The notes below the pieces were generated by a model, which saw only the letters and a program-made list of their open reading frames with translations, was not told the DNA's origin and did no database searches. Positions 1-12,440 of a DNA stretch of 64,000 bases are shown in pieces. Location: NCBI RefSeq assembly GCF_001194135.2, contig NC_068984.1:110261321-110325320 (forward strand), given 5' to 3'. The position numbers and the translations under genes were made by a program. The number at the start of each line of letters is the position of its first letter. Within the stretch, counting starts at the first letter, position 1. This DNA is from Octopus bimaculoides (taxonomy: Eukaryota).

Positions 1-54
1 ACTATAATCATAATTATAGGTAGCACTGTAATGGTACTAATTAGTATTCACTTG

Positions 55-521
55 CAGGGCCGGACTAAGACCCATAAAGGCCCTAAGCACTGAAAAGGTT
101 CTGGTGCCCTCAGGTATACGTAAATGGTTCAAAATGTAAACAAAATTAATTCAAAATGTAAAAAAATAATAAACCATAACATTAATTTTTATTTTTCAAA
201 ATGAAACAAAATTCACAATAAGATAGAAAATAATGTTTATTTTTGTATGCTTCTATTTTATTTATAATTGAAAAGTTTTTCACCTTCGTTTATTTTTCTT
301 TCTTTTTAATTGCAATGTCTTTGATGATATTGTTAAAATTAATTTTATGAAAAACTTCTGCTTCTATATCTAGAAGAGATAAGGCACTACGAATATTATT
401 TTAACAAGTTTTAAGTGATTTCTTTTGTGCTGTAAACCATTCTCATTTCTGTGGTGCACCCCCCTGTCCCTTGATGCCCTAAGCATGTACTTTTATTGTT
501 TAATGGGTTGATCCAGCACGG
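55..521. mobile_element. hAT-like MITE, degenerate
   Basis: Starts CAGGGCCGGACTAAGACCCATAAA. Ends TTTAATGGGTTGATCCAGCACGG, an imperfect inverted repeat. 8-bp flanks TTCACTTG (47-54) and TGCACATG (522-529) match 6/8. GCCCTAAGCA occurs subterminally at both ends. Confidence 0.55.
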
Positions 522-524
522 TGC

Positions 525-557
<33 letters not shown>

Positions 558-1920
558 TGTTTGTTTGTATATATATGTGTATGTGTATTTATATATTATA
601 TACACATACATATTATGAACAAATGTGTAAATATATGTGTGTNNNNNNNNNNNNNNNNNNNNNNNNNNNNNNNNNNNNNNNNNNNNNNNNNNNNNNNNNN
701 NNNNNNNNNNNNNNNNNNNNNNNNNNNNNNNNNNNNNNNNNNNNNNNNNNNNNNNNNNNNNNNNNNNNNNNNNNNNNNNNNNNNNNNNNNNNNNNNNNNN
801 NNNNNNNNNNNNNNNNNNNNNNNNNNNNNNNNNNNNNNNNNNNNNNNNNNNNNNNNNNNNNNNNNNNNNNNNNNNNNNNNNNNNNNNNNNNNNNNNNNNN
901 NNNNNNNNNNNNNNNNNNNNNNNNNNNNNNNNNNNNNNNNNNNNNNNNNNNNNNNNNNNNNNNNNNNNNNNNNNNNNNNNNNNNNNNNNNNNNNNNNNNN
1001 NNNNNNNNNNNNNNNNNNNNNNNNNNNNNNNNNNNNNNNNNNNNNNNNNNNNNNNNNNNNNNNNNNNNNNNNNNNNNNNNNNNNNNNNNNNNNNNNNNNN
1101 NNNNNNNNNNNNNNNNNNNNNNNNNNNNNNNNNNNNNNNNNNNNNNNNNNNNNNNNNNNNNNNNNNNNNNNNNNNNNNNNNNNNNNNNNNNNNNNNNNNN
1201 NNNNNNNNNNNNNNNNNNNNNNNNNNNNNNNNNNNNNNNNNNNNNNNNNNNNNNNNNNNNNNNNNNNNNNNNNNNNNNNNNNNNNNNNNNNNNNNNNNNN
1301 NNNNNNNNNNNNNNNNNNNNNNNNNNNNNNNNNNNNNNNNNNNNNNNNNNNNNNNNNNNNNNNNNNNNNNNNNNNNNNNNNNNNNNNATATATATATATA
1401 TATATATATATACTCTCACATATGTATTTGTACAGGGTGGTTATGATGCATGTATGCAAAACAGACAATCAATATGCTAAGTCTCAAATAGAAACATCTC
1501 TTTCATATCATTCAAGCTTATTCTATGCCAAATTGTATAGGGGAACAATTCAGGAACTGAAGGAATTACTTCGTTCTAAAAGTGAGCAGCAACATTTTTC
1601 AGTTAGTTCGCTTGCTGACCGACAGGTTGGCTGGCTGAGTAGCTTGCAGGCTGGTTGGCTGGTTGGTTGGTAGATTGGTGGGTTCTGCTGTTTGGTTGGT
1701 TCTCTTCAACATCAACTCATACAGTTATGAATTAATAGGTGTCTGTTTCTAACTGCTTTTGCATATATGACTTGCATATATGCATGAACCAAAGACAGAA
1801 GAAAGAAGGTAAGGTGTGTGTGTTTGTATAATGTATTATAGATTTAGGTGTTAGTGACAACAATATGATTAACATATAACTTTTGTAATTCACTTTATAA
1901 ACATCTGCCCTACACTACAA

Positions 1921-2042
1921 ACAAACACACACACACACACACACACACGTGCATACATATGTGTGTGTATTCATGTACATATGCACATACATACACATAT
2001 GCTATACATATGTATATGTAGATAAAATATATGTATATCATA

Positions 2043-2088
<46 letters not shown>

Positions 2089-2554
2089 TATATACTTGTA
2101 TATATATATATATATACACATATATATATATATATACATATTTATGTGTGCATATGTATATTTACACATACATAAGTATGAATACGTATTTATATATGTA
2201 TATATATATGTGCGTGTATGTATGTATATATATGTGTATATATAATATATATATATCTACATACATAAATACATATTTATGTGTGCATATGTATATTTAC
2301 ATGTATATAAGTATGAATACATATATATATATACTTCACACTACCACACATATATATTCACACATAGACAAATAGTGAGAAAGTTGTATATCCTGTAATA
2401 TACACAGAAGTATATGTATACACACATATATAGTACAGAGAATAGTTGTATTTAATGGCATAGAAACTTGTTTTAACTCTATAATTTGCTTCCAGACAAA
2501 CATTTGTTGCCTCAGGTAAGAACAAAATCAATGTTCAAAAACATAATAGCTCTC

Positions 2555-2593
<39 letters not shown>

Positions 2594-2751
2594 TCCTTTC
2601 TCTTTATCCCTCTATCACTTTAGTCTCTCTCTCTCCCTTTCTCACTTGCACACCTTTTTCATGTGTACTTGCACATGCACATACATCATACAGATATATA
2701 AGTATATACTTACTCATTTACATATATGCATATATATATGTGTGTGTGTGC

Positions 2752-2782
<31 letters not shown>

Positions 2783-3110
2783 TGTGTGTGTGTGTGTGTG
2801 TGTGTGTGCATGTGTGAGTATGTCTTTGTATATGATTTCATGCACATGTATATATGTACATGTATTCAGTGTGAGTATATATATATATATATTTTGTGTG
2901 CCTATATATGTTTGTATATATACATATGTATACACACACACACGTATATATATATATATATGTATATATACACACACTCACATATATATACATATACATA
3001 TATACATATATATAAATTTATCTGTATCTATCTTTCCGTCTATCTATCTATCCATCTGTCTCTTTCTCTCTTGTCTCTCTCTCTCTCTAAATATTTGTGT
3101 GTGTTGTTGA
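1921..3110. repeat. Compound (CA)n/(TA)n/(CT)n/(GT)n microsatellite field
   Basis: Directly visible dinucleotide arrays. Includes a ~55-bp local duplication (ATACATATTTATGTGTGCATATGTATATTTAC...AAGTATGAATAC) at ~2135 and ~2266. Confidence 0.95.
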
Positions 3111-4519
3111 AATCATAAGAATTCTGTAAGCTTTCAAGAGAGCATGAAACGATTCACTTTTTCAAATAATGGTTCTCAAAGTACATATACACCTATAAAG
3201 AAATAACATGTAAATATCCATAAGGATTTTTAAACCCAATATTTACCTCCTCTTTTTTATATTCCTGTATGTGATGTACTTCAAGAACCTTTATTCAAGA
3301 AATGAATTATATATATATATATATTGGTAAATGTATGTTTGTATGTATATCTGTGTCCTCCACCTCTTCCTCCTTCTCCTCTTCCTCCTTCTCCTGCTTT
3401 AAGTATGGATATATTATCTCATGGATGATAGGTATAAATTCACGGTAATGCTCGATTGTTCCCCAGTAAGTGGGTCTTTGGGTTAACTTGTTACATATTC
3501 CTTGCAATAATATCAGTTGATTAGTTTTTGACTTCTTCAAACAATCTATCCAAATTGTAATTCAACTGCAGATAAAATTTCTAAAGTAATTGAAGCCAAA
3601 ATTGGCTTATCCGAAAAATGTTGAAGACATTATAAGTAAAATGAGACCATCATGTAAAGCATCCAAAATATGTCTAAAAAGTAAAAATTCTTTTGATACT
3701 CATTAAGAAATGCAAAGTTGATATTTAATTCCAAAGCATTGCCTATTGGCTACATGAAGGAAATTATTTGCTGGTAAAATCAATCTAGCCAACACTGGGC
3801 TTGTTTTAAATGGAAAATATAATCCTGTAAAAGTAACTGCGAATTAACTTTTAATTAACCTCCGGTAAATTCTCCCTCTAAATGTGTAGTTAAAGTCTTA
3901 GATATTGGCCTAGAATTACTGGTTTTCTCTAATGAATACTGCTTTAAGACATACGTAAAGCAATTTAAAAACGACAAGGGACGAAAAGTAATATAGAGTA
4001 CTGGCCTGAGAAATCTCTATCTTTATTTGAAGGTCAAAACATTCTCGTTTTGCTTGTTTCATTGATTTTGTAAGTGATTGCATTCTATAATCATGCCAAT
4101 ATTCTCTTGAGCAGGCGTTTTAAATTTGCCTAGAATTTCTCTTGATTGAGTCTTCTATAGAAGTAAAGGTTTGGCAGCCAATGTAATTGCTTTACAGTTC
4201 TTGGAATACTGGCACACTGACCATTGAAGCTAAACCACAGAGACAATTTGAGATAGCAATTAATAATGCTAGTTACATTAAATTCTTTAGAGACTACAAA
4301 ATCACAAATCAATTTAAAACTTACACTCTAATGAGTTAGATAATTTCAGATTTATAATATAAATTTAGATAGTTTTGAAGTGTCCGTAATACCACTGAAC
4401 AACCTGAACATGTGGAAAATTTGAAAATGCGCAGAACACATATTAATGATAAGTTAAAGAGGTCAGTGGTATGTTTCAGAGGTTTATTCCCCATTATGAG
4501 ATTTTCACACACCTCCCTC

Positions 4520-5125
4520 ACCAACCAACCAACCAACCAACCAACCAACCAGCCAACCAACCAGCCAACCAACCCATCCATCCACCCATCCACCCATCCA
4601 TCCACTGAATGATTTTATGGAAATTTCAAACTCTGCAAGGAGGCATTTCCATAATTATGATAAAATCAAGAATCTGTTCAATTGCTGGAGCACATTGTAT
4701 GATGTGATTTAAAAAGCTGTTGTTTCTATACTGTTAGAAAGATAACGATTGAATCTTCATCTCACCTTCTCACTATCTTTCTCTATATTTCTCTAGTTCA
4801 CTTCTCTCTCTCTCTCTCTCTCTTTCTCTTCCATTCTTACTTTATTTCTCTCTCAATTTATACATCTATCATTTTATTTTTCTCACTATTCGATTGGACA
4901 GTATAACTTGGTTGCTAATGTTCATTATTTAGTTTGGTTACATTATTGATAAAAATCAAATGCTCATCTATCTATCTCTTTATCTCTGTTTCTCTCTCTC
5001 TCTCTCTCTCTCTTTTTCTCCTCTCTTTCTCACTGTCTCTTTATCTCTCTTATTTGGCTGTATTTTCCCAACATTATAACACACTCATTAGTGTTCATTA
5101 TCTGCTATGGTTACATTAGTGTGTA

Positions 5126-5199
<74 letters not shown>

Positions 5200-5261
5200 A
5201 GAGAGAGAGAGTTTCTATAGGATACGTGTTCTATAAAATCTCATAACACACTATATATACA

Positions 5262-5321
<60 letters not shown>
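4520..5321. repeat. (AACC)n/(ATCC)n, (CT)n, (GT)n(GA)n and (TA)n microsatellites
   Basis: Directly visible tandem arrays running into an N gap. Confidence 0.9.
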
Positions 5322-6014
5322 NNNNNNNNNNNNNNNNNNNNNNNNNNNNNNNNNNNNNNNNNNNNNNNNNNNNNNNNNNNNNNNNNNNNNNNNNNNNNNN
5401 NNNNNNNNNNNNNNNNNNNNNNNNNNNNNNNNNNNNNNNNNNNNNNNNNNNNNNNNNNNNNNNNNNNNNNNNNNNNNNNNNNNNNNNNNNNNNNNNNNNN
5501 NNNNNNNNNNNNNNNNNNNNNNNNNNNNNNNNNNNNNNNNNNNNNNNNNNNNNNNNNNNNNNNNNNNNNNNNNNNNNNNNNNNNNNNNNNNNNNNNNNNN
5601 NNNNNNNNNNNNNNNNNNNNNNNNNNNNNNNNNNNNNNNNNNNNNNNNNNNNNNNNNNNNNNNNNNNNNNNNNNNNNNNNNNNNNNNNNNNNNNNNNNNN
5701 NNNNNNNNNNNNNNNNNNNNNNNNNNNNNNNNNNNNNNNNNNNNNNNNNNNNNNNNNNNNNNNNNNNTATATATATATATATATATATATATGCATGCTT
5801 AAAGTAACAAATGTTGGTCAGGTATGAGAAGCTGAATCTGGTCAATTTGAACATCATAAAACAGGAAGAATATTTGGGCCAGATATGGTTGGTTTAAACA
5901 CTAAAGGGTTAAATATCTTTAGATATGTTTCAATATCTGCTATATTTTACATTTTCAGAATGTGTCTCTTTAAGCTTGTGATGATATTTTCTGTTTATTA
6001 TTATTACTAGCAGA

Positions 6015-6212
6015 AAGACGGTGAGCTTGCAGAATTGTTAGAACGCTGGGCAAAATGCTTAGCGGTATTTCGCCTGTCGTTACTTTCAAATTCTGCTGAG
6101 GTTAACTTTGTCTTTCACCTTTTGAGGTTGATAATCTAAGTACCAGTGAAACACTGGGGTCGATGTAATAGACTATGATCCTCCCCCAAATTTCAGGCCT
6201 TCTACCTTTAAG
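6015..6212 (+). mobile_element. tRNA-derived SINE, family A (AAGGCGGCGAGCTGGCAGAA head)
   Basis: Collinear with many in-window copies (e.g. 24336-24770, 49030-49272). Shared core GCCTTTCATCCTTTCGGGGTCGATAAA resembles the Deu/Nin SINE domain (from recall). Confidence 0.8.
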
Positions 6213-6271
6213 AGAATGGATTATTTTTATCATTATTATTTTTATTATTATTAATATTGTTATTATTATTT

Positions 6272-6305
<34 letters not shown>

Positions 6306-6321
6306 TATCATTATTATTATT

Positions 6322-6588
6322 GTCATTTATTGTCTTTGCATAGCTTCTAACGCTGGAGATGTACTATGGTGCCAGCTGTTCACCACCAGTGAACTAAGGT
6401 GACACCCTTTATTTTTTGAGCACTGACCAGAGTATTTAAGCAGTTCCAAGCAGTCTCGTTTTCTGCAAGTGATCCACCCTTATTGCAGCCCCTATTTGTT
6501 CCATGTACTTCTCAAGATTTTTACTCACTTTTCCCAGGGATCCGGCAATTATTGGTACTACTACCACCTTTTACATCGACCACAACTG

Positions 6589-6589
<1 letters not shown>
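6322..6589 (-). mobile_element. R4/Dong-type RLE LINE 3' fragment with (AAT)n tail
   Basis: Minus translation KVVVVPIIAGSLGKVSKNLEKYMEQIG...LLGTA*IL is the typical RLE-LINE C-terminus. A short 3' UTR follows, then the TAA array at 6213-6321. Confidence 0.8.
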
Positions 6590-6627
<38 letters not shown>

Positions 6628-6897
6628 GAGTGAGAGAGCAGTGCATGCCATCAAAGTGACACTGGGGTAAAATATACAAAGCCCATTATACCCATCAGGA
6701 CTACCTGTCTGATAAGGGTACACCAGGCACATGCATCACAACCATATGTGCGTGACATGGTGATCTCATATCAAGATAAACAGCGTGGGGCCCAGTTAGA
6801 ATTTTCTTCAGGTCCAGTAGCCCATCCCACTCAAAAGGTCCCTGAATAAGGTTTGTTTAAGGATGTTGAGCAAAACACCCATGTTGCCAAAGGTGAA
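6628..6897 (-). mobile_element. 3' half of the ~520-bp non-coding TAA-associated retroelement
   Basis: Reverse complement of 28880-29129 and 39201-39315. Abuts a TAA array at one end and an N gap at the other. Confidence 0.85.
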
Positions 6898-7472
6898 NNN
6901 NNNNNNNNNNNNNNNNNNNNNNNNNNNNNNNNNNNNNNNNNNNNNNNNNNNNNNNNNNNNNNNNNNNNNNNNNNNNNNNNNNNNNNNNNNNNNNNNNNNN
7001 NNNNNNNNNNNNNNNNNNNNNNNNNNNNNNNNNNNNNNNNNNNNNNNNNNNNNNNNNNNNNNNNNNNNNNNNNNNNNNNNNNNNNNNNNNNNNNNNNNNN
7101 NNNNNNNNNNNNNNNNNNNNNNNNNNNNNNNNNNNNNNNNNNNNNNNNNNNNNNNNNNNNNNNNNNNNNNNNNNNNNNNNNNNNNNNNNNNNNNNNNNNN
7201 NNNNNNNNNNNNNNNNNNNNNNNNNNNNNNNNNNNNNNNNNNNNNNNNNNNNNNNNNNNNNNNNNNNNNNNNNNNNNNNNNNNNNNNNNNNNNNNNNNNN
7301 NNNNNNNNNNNNNNNNNNNNNNNNNNNNNNNNNNNNNNNNNNNNNNNNNNNNNNNNNNNNNNNNNNNNNNNNNNNNNNNNNNNNNNNNNNNNNNNNNNNN
7401 NNNNNNNNNNNNNNNNNNNNNNNNNNNNNNNNNNNNNNNNNNNNNNNNNNNNNNNNNNNNNNNNNNNNNNNN

Positions 7473-7699
7473 CATATCTCGCCGAGTGTTTTCTGTACAC
7501 CTAGGGCAGAGAAGCTCATTGTATGCATTCCCAGTTTACACACACAAATTCACAGGTAAAATATGTATTTAAAAAAAATTAATGAATAAATAAATTCATC
7601 AATAGATGTTGTTTTCACAGCGATAATGCTCTTCTCGGTACATGAGTCGTTCCAGTTAACATGATTTTTTTGCACTTCCTGTAGGGATAGTAAGCCTGG

Positions 7700-7700
<1 letters not shown>
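7473..7700 (-). mobile_element. R4-type RLE LINE extreme 3' end
   Basis: Minus translation KKIMLTGTTHVPRRALSL* matches the GTAHILRxxLS* terminus seen at 28200 and 50950, and is followed by a 3' UTR. Adjacent to the TAA array at 7701-7812. Confidence 0.65.
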
Positions 7701-7740
<40 letters not shown>

Positions 7741-7765
7741 TATCATTATTATTATTATTATCATC

Positions 7766-7813
<48 letters not shown>

Positions 7814-9313
7814 TGTGTAGTAAGCATGTTGAATTGTTAGCAAGCTGGACAAAGTGTTTCATAATATTTCGTTTTAGCCTTACTTCTGCATTTAAATTCC
7901 ACTGAAGTTAACCTTGCCTTTCATTCTTTCAGTGTTGATAAAATAACAAACAAAACCTAAACACCATAGTACATATAGTATTGTCGAGTAAGATGTGACA
8001 TTAGATTACCAGCTCAAATGGATTGAGTTTGAATCTACTTCTGGAACGTTAATGTGTGTTTATTTCTACCAGAGGTCAGCAAAGTGGTTGCTATTATCTC
8101 CCAGAGGTCTATGTGGCTACCCCAGAAGTCAATAATCACCTGAAATGATTTTGAGCATTAAGAATGCTGAATTATTAGTAAAATGGATCTAAAAGAATAC
8201 AGTAATTAATGTAAGGCTAAAACTCACTAATTTCCAGTCAAATATCAATGTTATAACTGGTATTTACCAAACACATACTTAATATTAACATTAAATATTC
8301 TGTGAAAATCAATATAAATCAATATTTTATTGTTCCTTATCAATTTCTTTAAGTATTTTCATTAAATTTCTTCAAGTATTTCTCATTATGAAGTGGCAAT
8401 GACACAAAGGAAAGAAGGATTTATTATTTTTAAATAAAGAAATTTTATATTAATTATACCTTTCAGTTTTTATTTAAAACAATTTCATGATGGTGGTTGG
8501 AAAGCTATCAATGACATAAGAAATTTGCTGAATTCTGATTTAGCAGTTTATTAAATTTACTGTTGGGAATAGGTACCCTATGATATGCAAATATTATTGG
8601 CAGTAACATGGAATACAGTCCTTGGAGAGATTTATCTCTTGTTTGCTTGAATCATGAAAGTAAAGCCAGGCACCATCAGATAGAAATTCCTTGCGGCTAC
8701 TTATGTCATTAATATTATATTACATTTAATCCAAAGTTCCAATTTATCTGTGAAATAACCCCGTTGTTGTGTGAATTAACCCCTCTTGTTGCAATTAATA
8801 TTGCTTTCCAGTAGAAGATATGTATCAATATTAATTTCAACAAGATTATATTAATCATATTATATTAAACACTAGATTGGAAAGTGATAGAAATATAGAA
8901 ACAATTGATTAAAATATCAAGCACTGTTTAGTTTGATCTTTCTGTGTTATAATCAAACTGAATCTTAAGTTATTTGTCATCTTTATAGGCTTAAAACAGA
9001 AACACACACAAAAAGACCAAGTGAACGCAGATAGGAATATCTGATGAGGTGACTCTGGATATCAAATAATGATGTGTCCTACTGCTAAAATGGCCAGCCT
9101 ATGCAAGATTGAGAAAGTTGGCATTGACACCTTAGTGGGGAGTGAATTTGTCATTATGGTTTAATCTATGATGTGAAACCTAATATTAGTTGCTTATTGA
9201 AGTGAAAGGTAATTGTAATATTTAGATGTATTGATCTATATAGTGTACTTTGTTCCCACATGCTTTTAATGTTTCATCAGACTATTTTTTAATCTGGTGC
9301 CAGATTTCTGCTT

Positions 9314-9420
9314 GGTGCAGGCATGGCTATGTGGTTAGGAAGTTTACTTTCCCAAGTTTTTTCTTACAAGTTCAGTTCCACTTGGGCAAGTATCTTCTGC
9401 TATAGACCCAGGTTGTAAAA
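9314..9420 (+). mobile_element. tRNA-derived SINE family B head, degenerate
   Basis: Similar to the GGCGCAGGAGTGGCTGTGTGGTAAG heads at 26455 and 53233. Confidence 0.6.
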
Positions 9421-10696
9421 GGAAGCAAATTGTATCATTGTGAAGTTCACTTAACTAGTTCAGCCAATCACTGGGCTGTCCTATTCTCTTTCTTGTCCTT
9501 GATGTTGTCAGACCATGATTTTATCTGTCTCCTTCTCTTTCACCCTCCCTCAACAGTGCCATGAAGGGTGGCTTTGGAAAGAAGCCTATTTTATGTATGT
9601 ATATATGTCTCACTATATATATAAACATATGGGTGTGTGTGTACATATGGGTGTGTGTTTCTTGTGCCTAGACTAGAAAAGAATATATAGCATGTTTGTC
9701 TTCTTTCATCTTCATTCCTCTGAGTTTGAATATCCTGGAGTTGACTTTACTTTTCATCCTAATAAAGTCGATAGAACAGATACCATTCTATATTCCAAGC
9801 TTAGGCTTTCTAGCATCAACTTGAACTTTACTAAGAACTCGATAGAATAACTACCAATTATATATTATATGCATATCTTCTTGAGCCTTCTATTTTCCAG
9901 GTTTAAGCTCCCCAAAGTCTACTTTGTGCTTCCTCTCAGTAGAGTCAACAAAAGAAATACTAGTTATATACTGTGAAATGCTAGTTATATATATAACTAG
10001 TATTTCATTTATATAACAATTTATGCATTGACCAATCTGTCAGCAACAAAAATTGGTACGGTACCAAAGCAAAAAGAATCAATGTTTTGAAAGGGATAGG
10101 TGCTGACTGTATCTGAAATACTGTGTAGATACAAATAATATTCAACCAGTTTCTTGACTGCATAGCTAAGATGTACATTATTCTAATTAAATCTAATTAA
10201 GTTTCCTTGTTGAATAGATAATTATTTACACTACATTAGCATCTTAAGAGATCAAGACGAAGCAAGACATTTATGATCAGGTTGTCTCTCAACAGACCTT
10301 AAGGCATAGGAAGTGGGTGATACACTGAATGATGAGCTAATTAACAATGTAAATTCATTTAAATTTGCTTCTTACTTGAACAAAAATATAATGAGTTGTT
10401 GGTGACTCTTAAAAGCAGGGGAGATAATTTCAAGAAATTAATAATAATTAATTACACAGAAAATTCAGTTGTTATGGCTTAAGTGAAACATCTGGTCTTC
10501 CCCAGCAAGCAATGTGGCAGCTACAGACATGTTCAGATATTATTATAGATCAACAACAAAGCATAATATTTCCAGAACTGCTTTAATCAGTGAATAGGTT
10601 TTGTGAGTACAAAACCATAATAATAAATATAATTTACGCAATTACAAAAAATGGGAGCAAAAGAAGGTTTTCTACCCCACACTTTGTAAATATTTA

Positions 10697-11299
10697 CACA
10701 GGAGTTGGACAAAATAAAGGAAATACCTAGCATCATACCATCATAATTTTGAAATATCTATAAAACCATCAAAAGCTTGTTTATTTTTATGTTTTTTCAT
10801 TTATTATTAGTGTTGCTTAATATGTTTTGCTAAAATTGCTGTTTCTTTTCAGATATCATCATAAAAAGATAATTAAAATTCATTAAAATAACAGATCTAT
10901 CAAACCTTCAAAGAGGTCAAATTGCAGGTGCTAACATAATGAAAACAGCCAAAATGTTTGGTGTATCAAGAAGTACTGTCTCGAAAGTAATGACAGCTTT
11001 TGAGAAAGAGGGAAAAATCTTCCTTGTCGAAACAAAACTCTGGAAGAAAACCAAAACTTTCAGACTCTTATGCAAATTGTTAGAAAGGATTACAAAAGTA
11101 CAGCTCCCAGAATTACTGCAGAGCTTAATGACCTCCTCGAGAACCCAGTTTCCACAAAAAGCTGCTCACTGGGAGCTGCACAAAGCTGGATTTCACAGGA
11201 GGGCTGCAATTAGAAAACCACTACTTTCAAAAACAAGCATTGCAAAGCATTTAGAGTGGAGTAAAAACCTACAGAATTGGTCCCTAGAGAAGCAATGGT
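10697..11299 (+). pseudogene. 5' part of a Tc1-family DNA transposon with a broken transposase N-terminus (paired-like HTH DNA-binding region)
   Basis: TA|CACAGGAGTTGGACAAAATA left end. Translation ITDLSNLQRGQIAGA...KTAKMFGVSRSTVSKVMTAFEKEGK...ELHKAGFHRRAAIRKPLLSKTSIAKHLEWSKNLQNWSLEKQW. ATA stands where the start is expected, there are frameshifts, and the DDE domain and right TIR are absent. Confidence 0.9.
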
Positions 11300-11329
11300 A
11301 CGTTTGTCAGTATTTGGGTGTCTTTGGTC

Positions 11330-11689
11330 ATTTTTATTGTTAACTTTTAGGCCAAGAGACTTTTTTAAATTTCTTACTAAGATTCATGACTGAAGCTTGC
11401 TTGGAATCTTCATGCTTCAGAGCAGTTCATAAGAGCACATCACTTGTTTTATTAAGATACGTTTCAAGGCCTATTATTGTTGATTTGAAGGATTGCTCAA
11501 GTTGTTTCAGGCCTCTTCCACCTATTTTTCTTCGGAGATAAATCCTGTCTACATGTGATTTTGGATGGTGCATTCGGTACCTTGTAAGGATTTTACAGAT
11601 CTTTCCATCCATATTCTGTATGTCAGTGAGACTTCACTAAATGATACTGAAGCAATATGTGGTTACTGGTATGGCCAAAGAATTGATTG

Positions 11690-11690
<1 letters not shown>
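11330..11690 (-). pseudogene. R4-type non-LTR retrotransposon RT/thumb fragment
   Basis: Minus translation AINSLAIPVTTYCFSII...DGKICKILTRYRMHHPKSHVDRIYLRRKIGGRGLKQLE contains the DRLYxxRxxGGRGL motif of RLE-clade LINEs. Confidence 0.85.
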
Positions 11691-11714
<24 letters not shown>

Positions 11715-11720
<6 letters not shown>

Positions 11721-12205
11721 TACTTTTAATCTGCATGTTTATTACAGTCACTTGCCAAGACACACACAGTGTCCTGGGGCGAGTGAAGGGTAAAAGATGT
11801 TACAGTATGACTGAAAGTTTGGGGAGGGGAAAGTAGCTAAATATCTTCATATAATACAACATAGACATTTAAATGGATTGGACTTTTCTTAGGATGTCGG
11901 CAGACATGGTTCACCTGGGATCTTATCTAGATGTTTCTGACATTCCTTTTTTTTTTATCATACCTAGGGTGCCTACAATAACAGAAACAGTCCTTACTTT
12001 TTACTTAGTTTGTCAAATTCCTTTACAGATATATTTTTATCAGTGGGAACACTTACATCTATTAATCTACAAATATTTTCTTCCCTGTCTTTAATAATTA
12101 TGTCTGGTAAATTAGCCTGGATCGTTCTGTTAGTGTTGACTGGAAAATCCCAGAGGATAATGTCATTTTTACCTTCAACGACTGGCTCAGGATGATGTTC
12201 ATACC
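11715..12205 (-). mobile_element. 5'-truncated R4-type LINE (RLE domain + 3' UTR), tail in (AAT)n
   Basis: Minus frames give WYEHHPEPVVEG...LWDFPVNTNRTIQANLPDIIIKDREENICRLIDVSVPTDKNISVKEFDKLSK. The 3' UTR at 11715-11880 is followed by a TAA array. Confidence 0.85.
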
Positions 12206-12254
12206 AGTAAACATTATTATTATTATTATTATTATTATTATCATTATTATTATT

Positions 12255-12440
12255 ATTTACTTTTAATCTGCATGTTTGTTACAATCACTTGCCAAGACAC
12301 ACCCAGGCGTCCTAGGGCAAATGAAGGATAACAGATGTTACAATGCGATTGAAAACTTGAGGAGGGAAAGTGACAGGGGCAGTAGTGAAATATCTTCATG
12401 TAATACAACGCAAAGATTTAAATTGATAGGGTTTTTCTAA
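12255..12440 (-). mobile_element. Second copy of the same LINE 3' UTR with (AAT)n tail
   Basis: Clearly homologous to 11715-11880 (TTACTTTTAATCTGCATGTTT.TTACA.TCACTTGCCAAGACACAC...). Confidence 0.85.

Noticed and set aside
7473-7690. Two exons with a 65-nt intron on the plus strand
   Set aside because: The downstream exon has stops in all frames, and the region is the antisense of an RLE-LINE 3' end.
9041-9075. CTGATGAG motif
   Set aside because: No GAAA follows the putative stem II.
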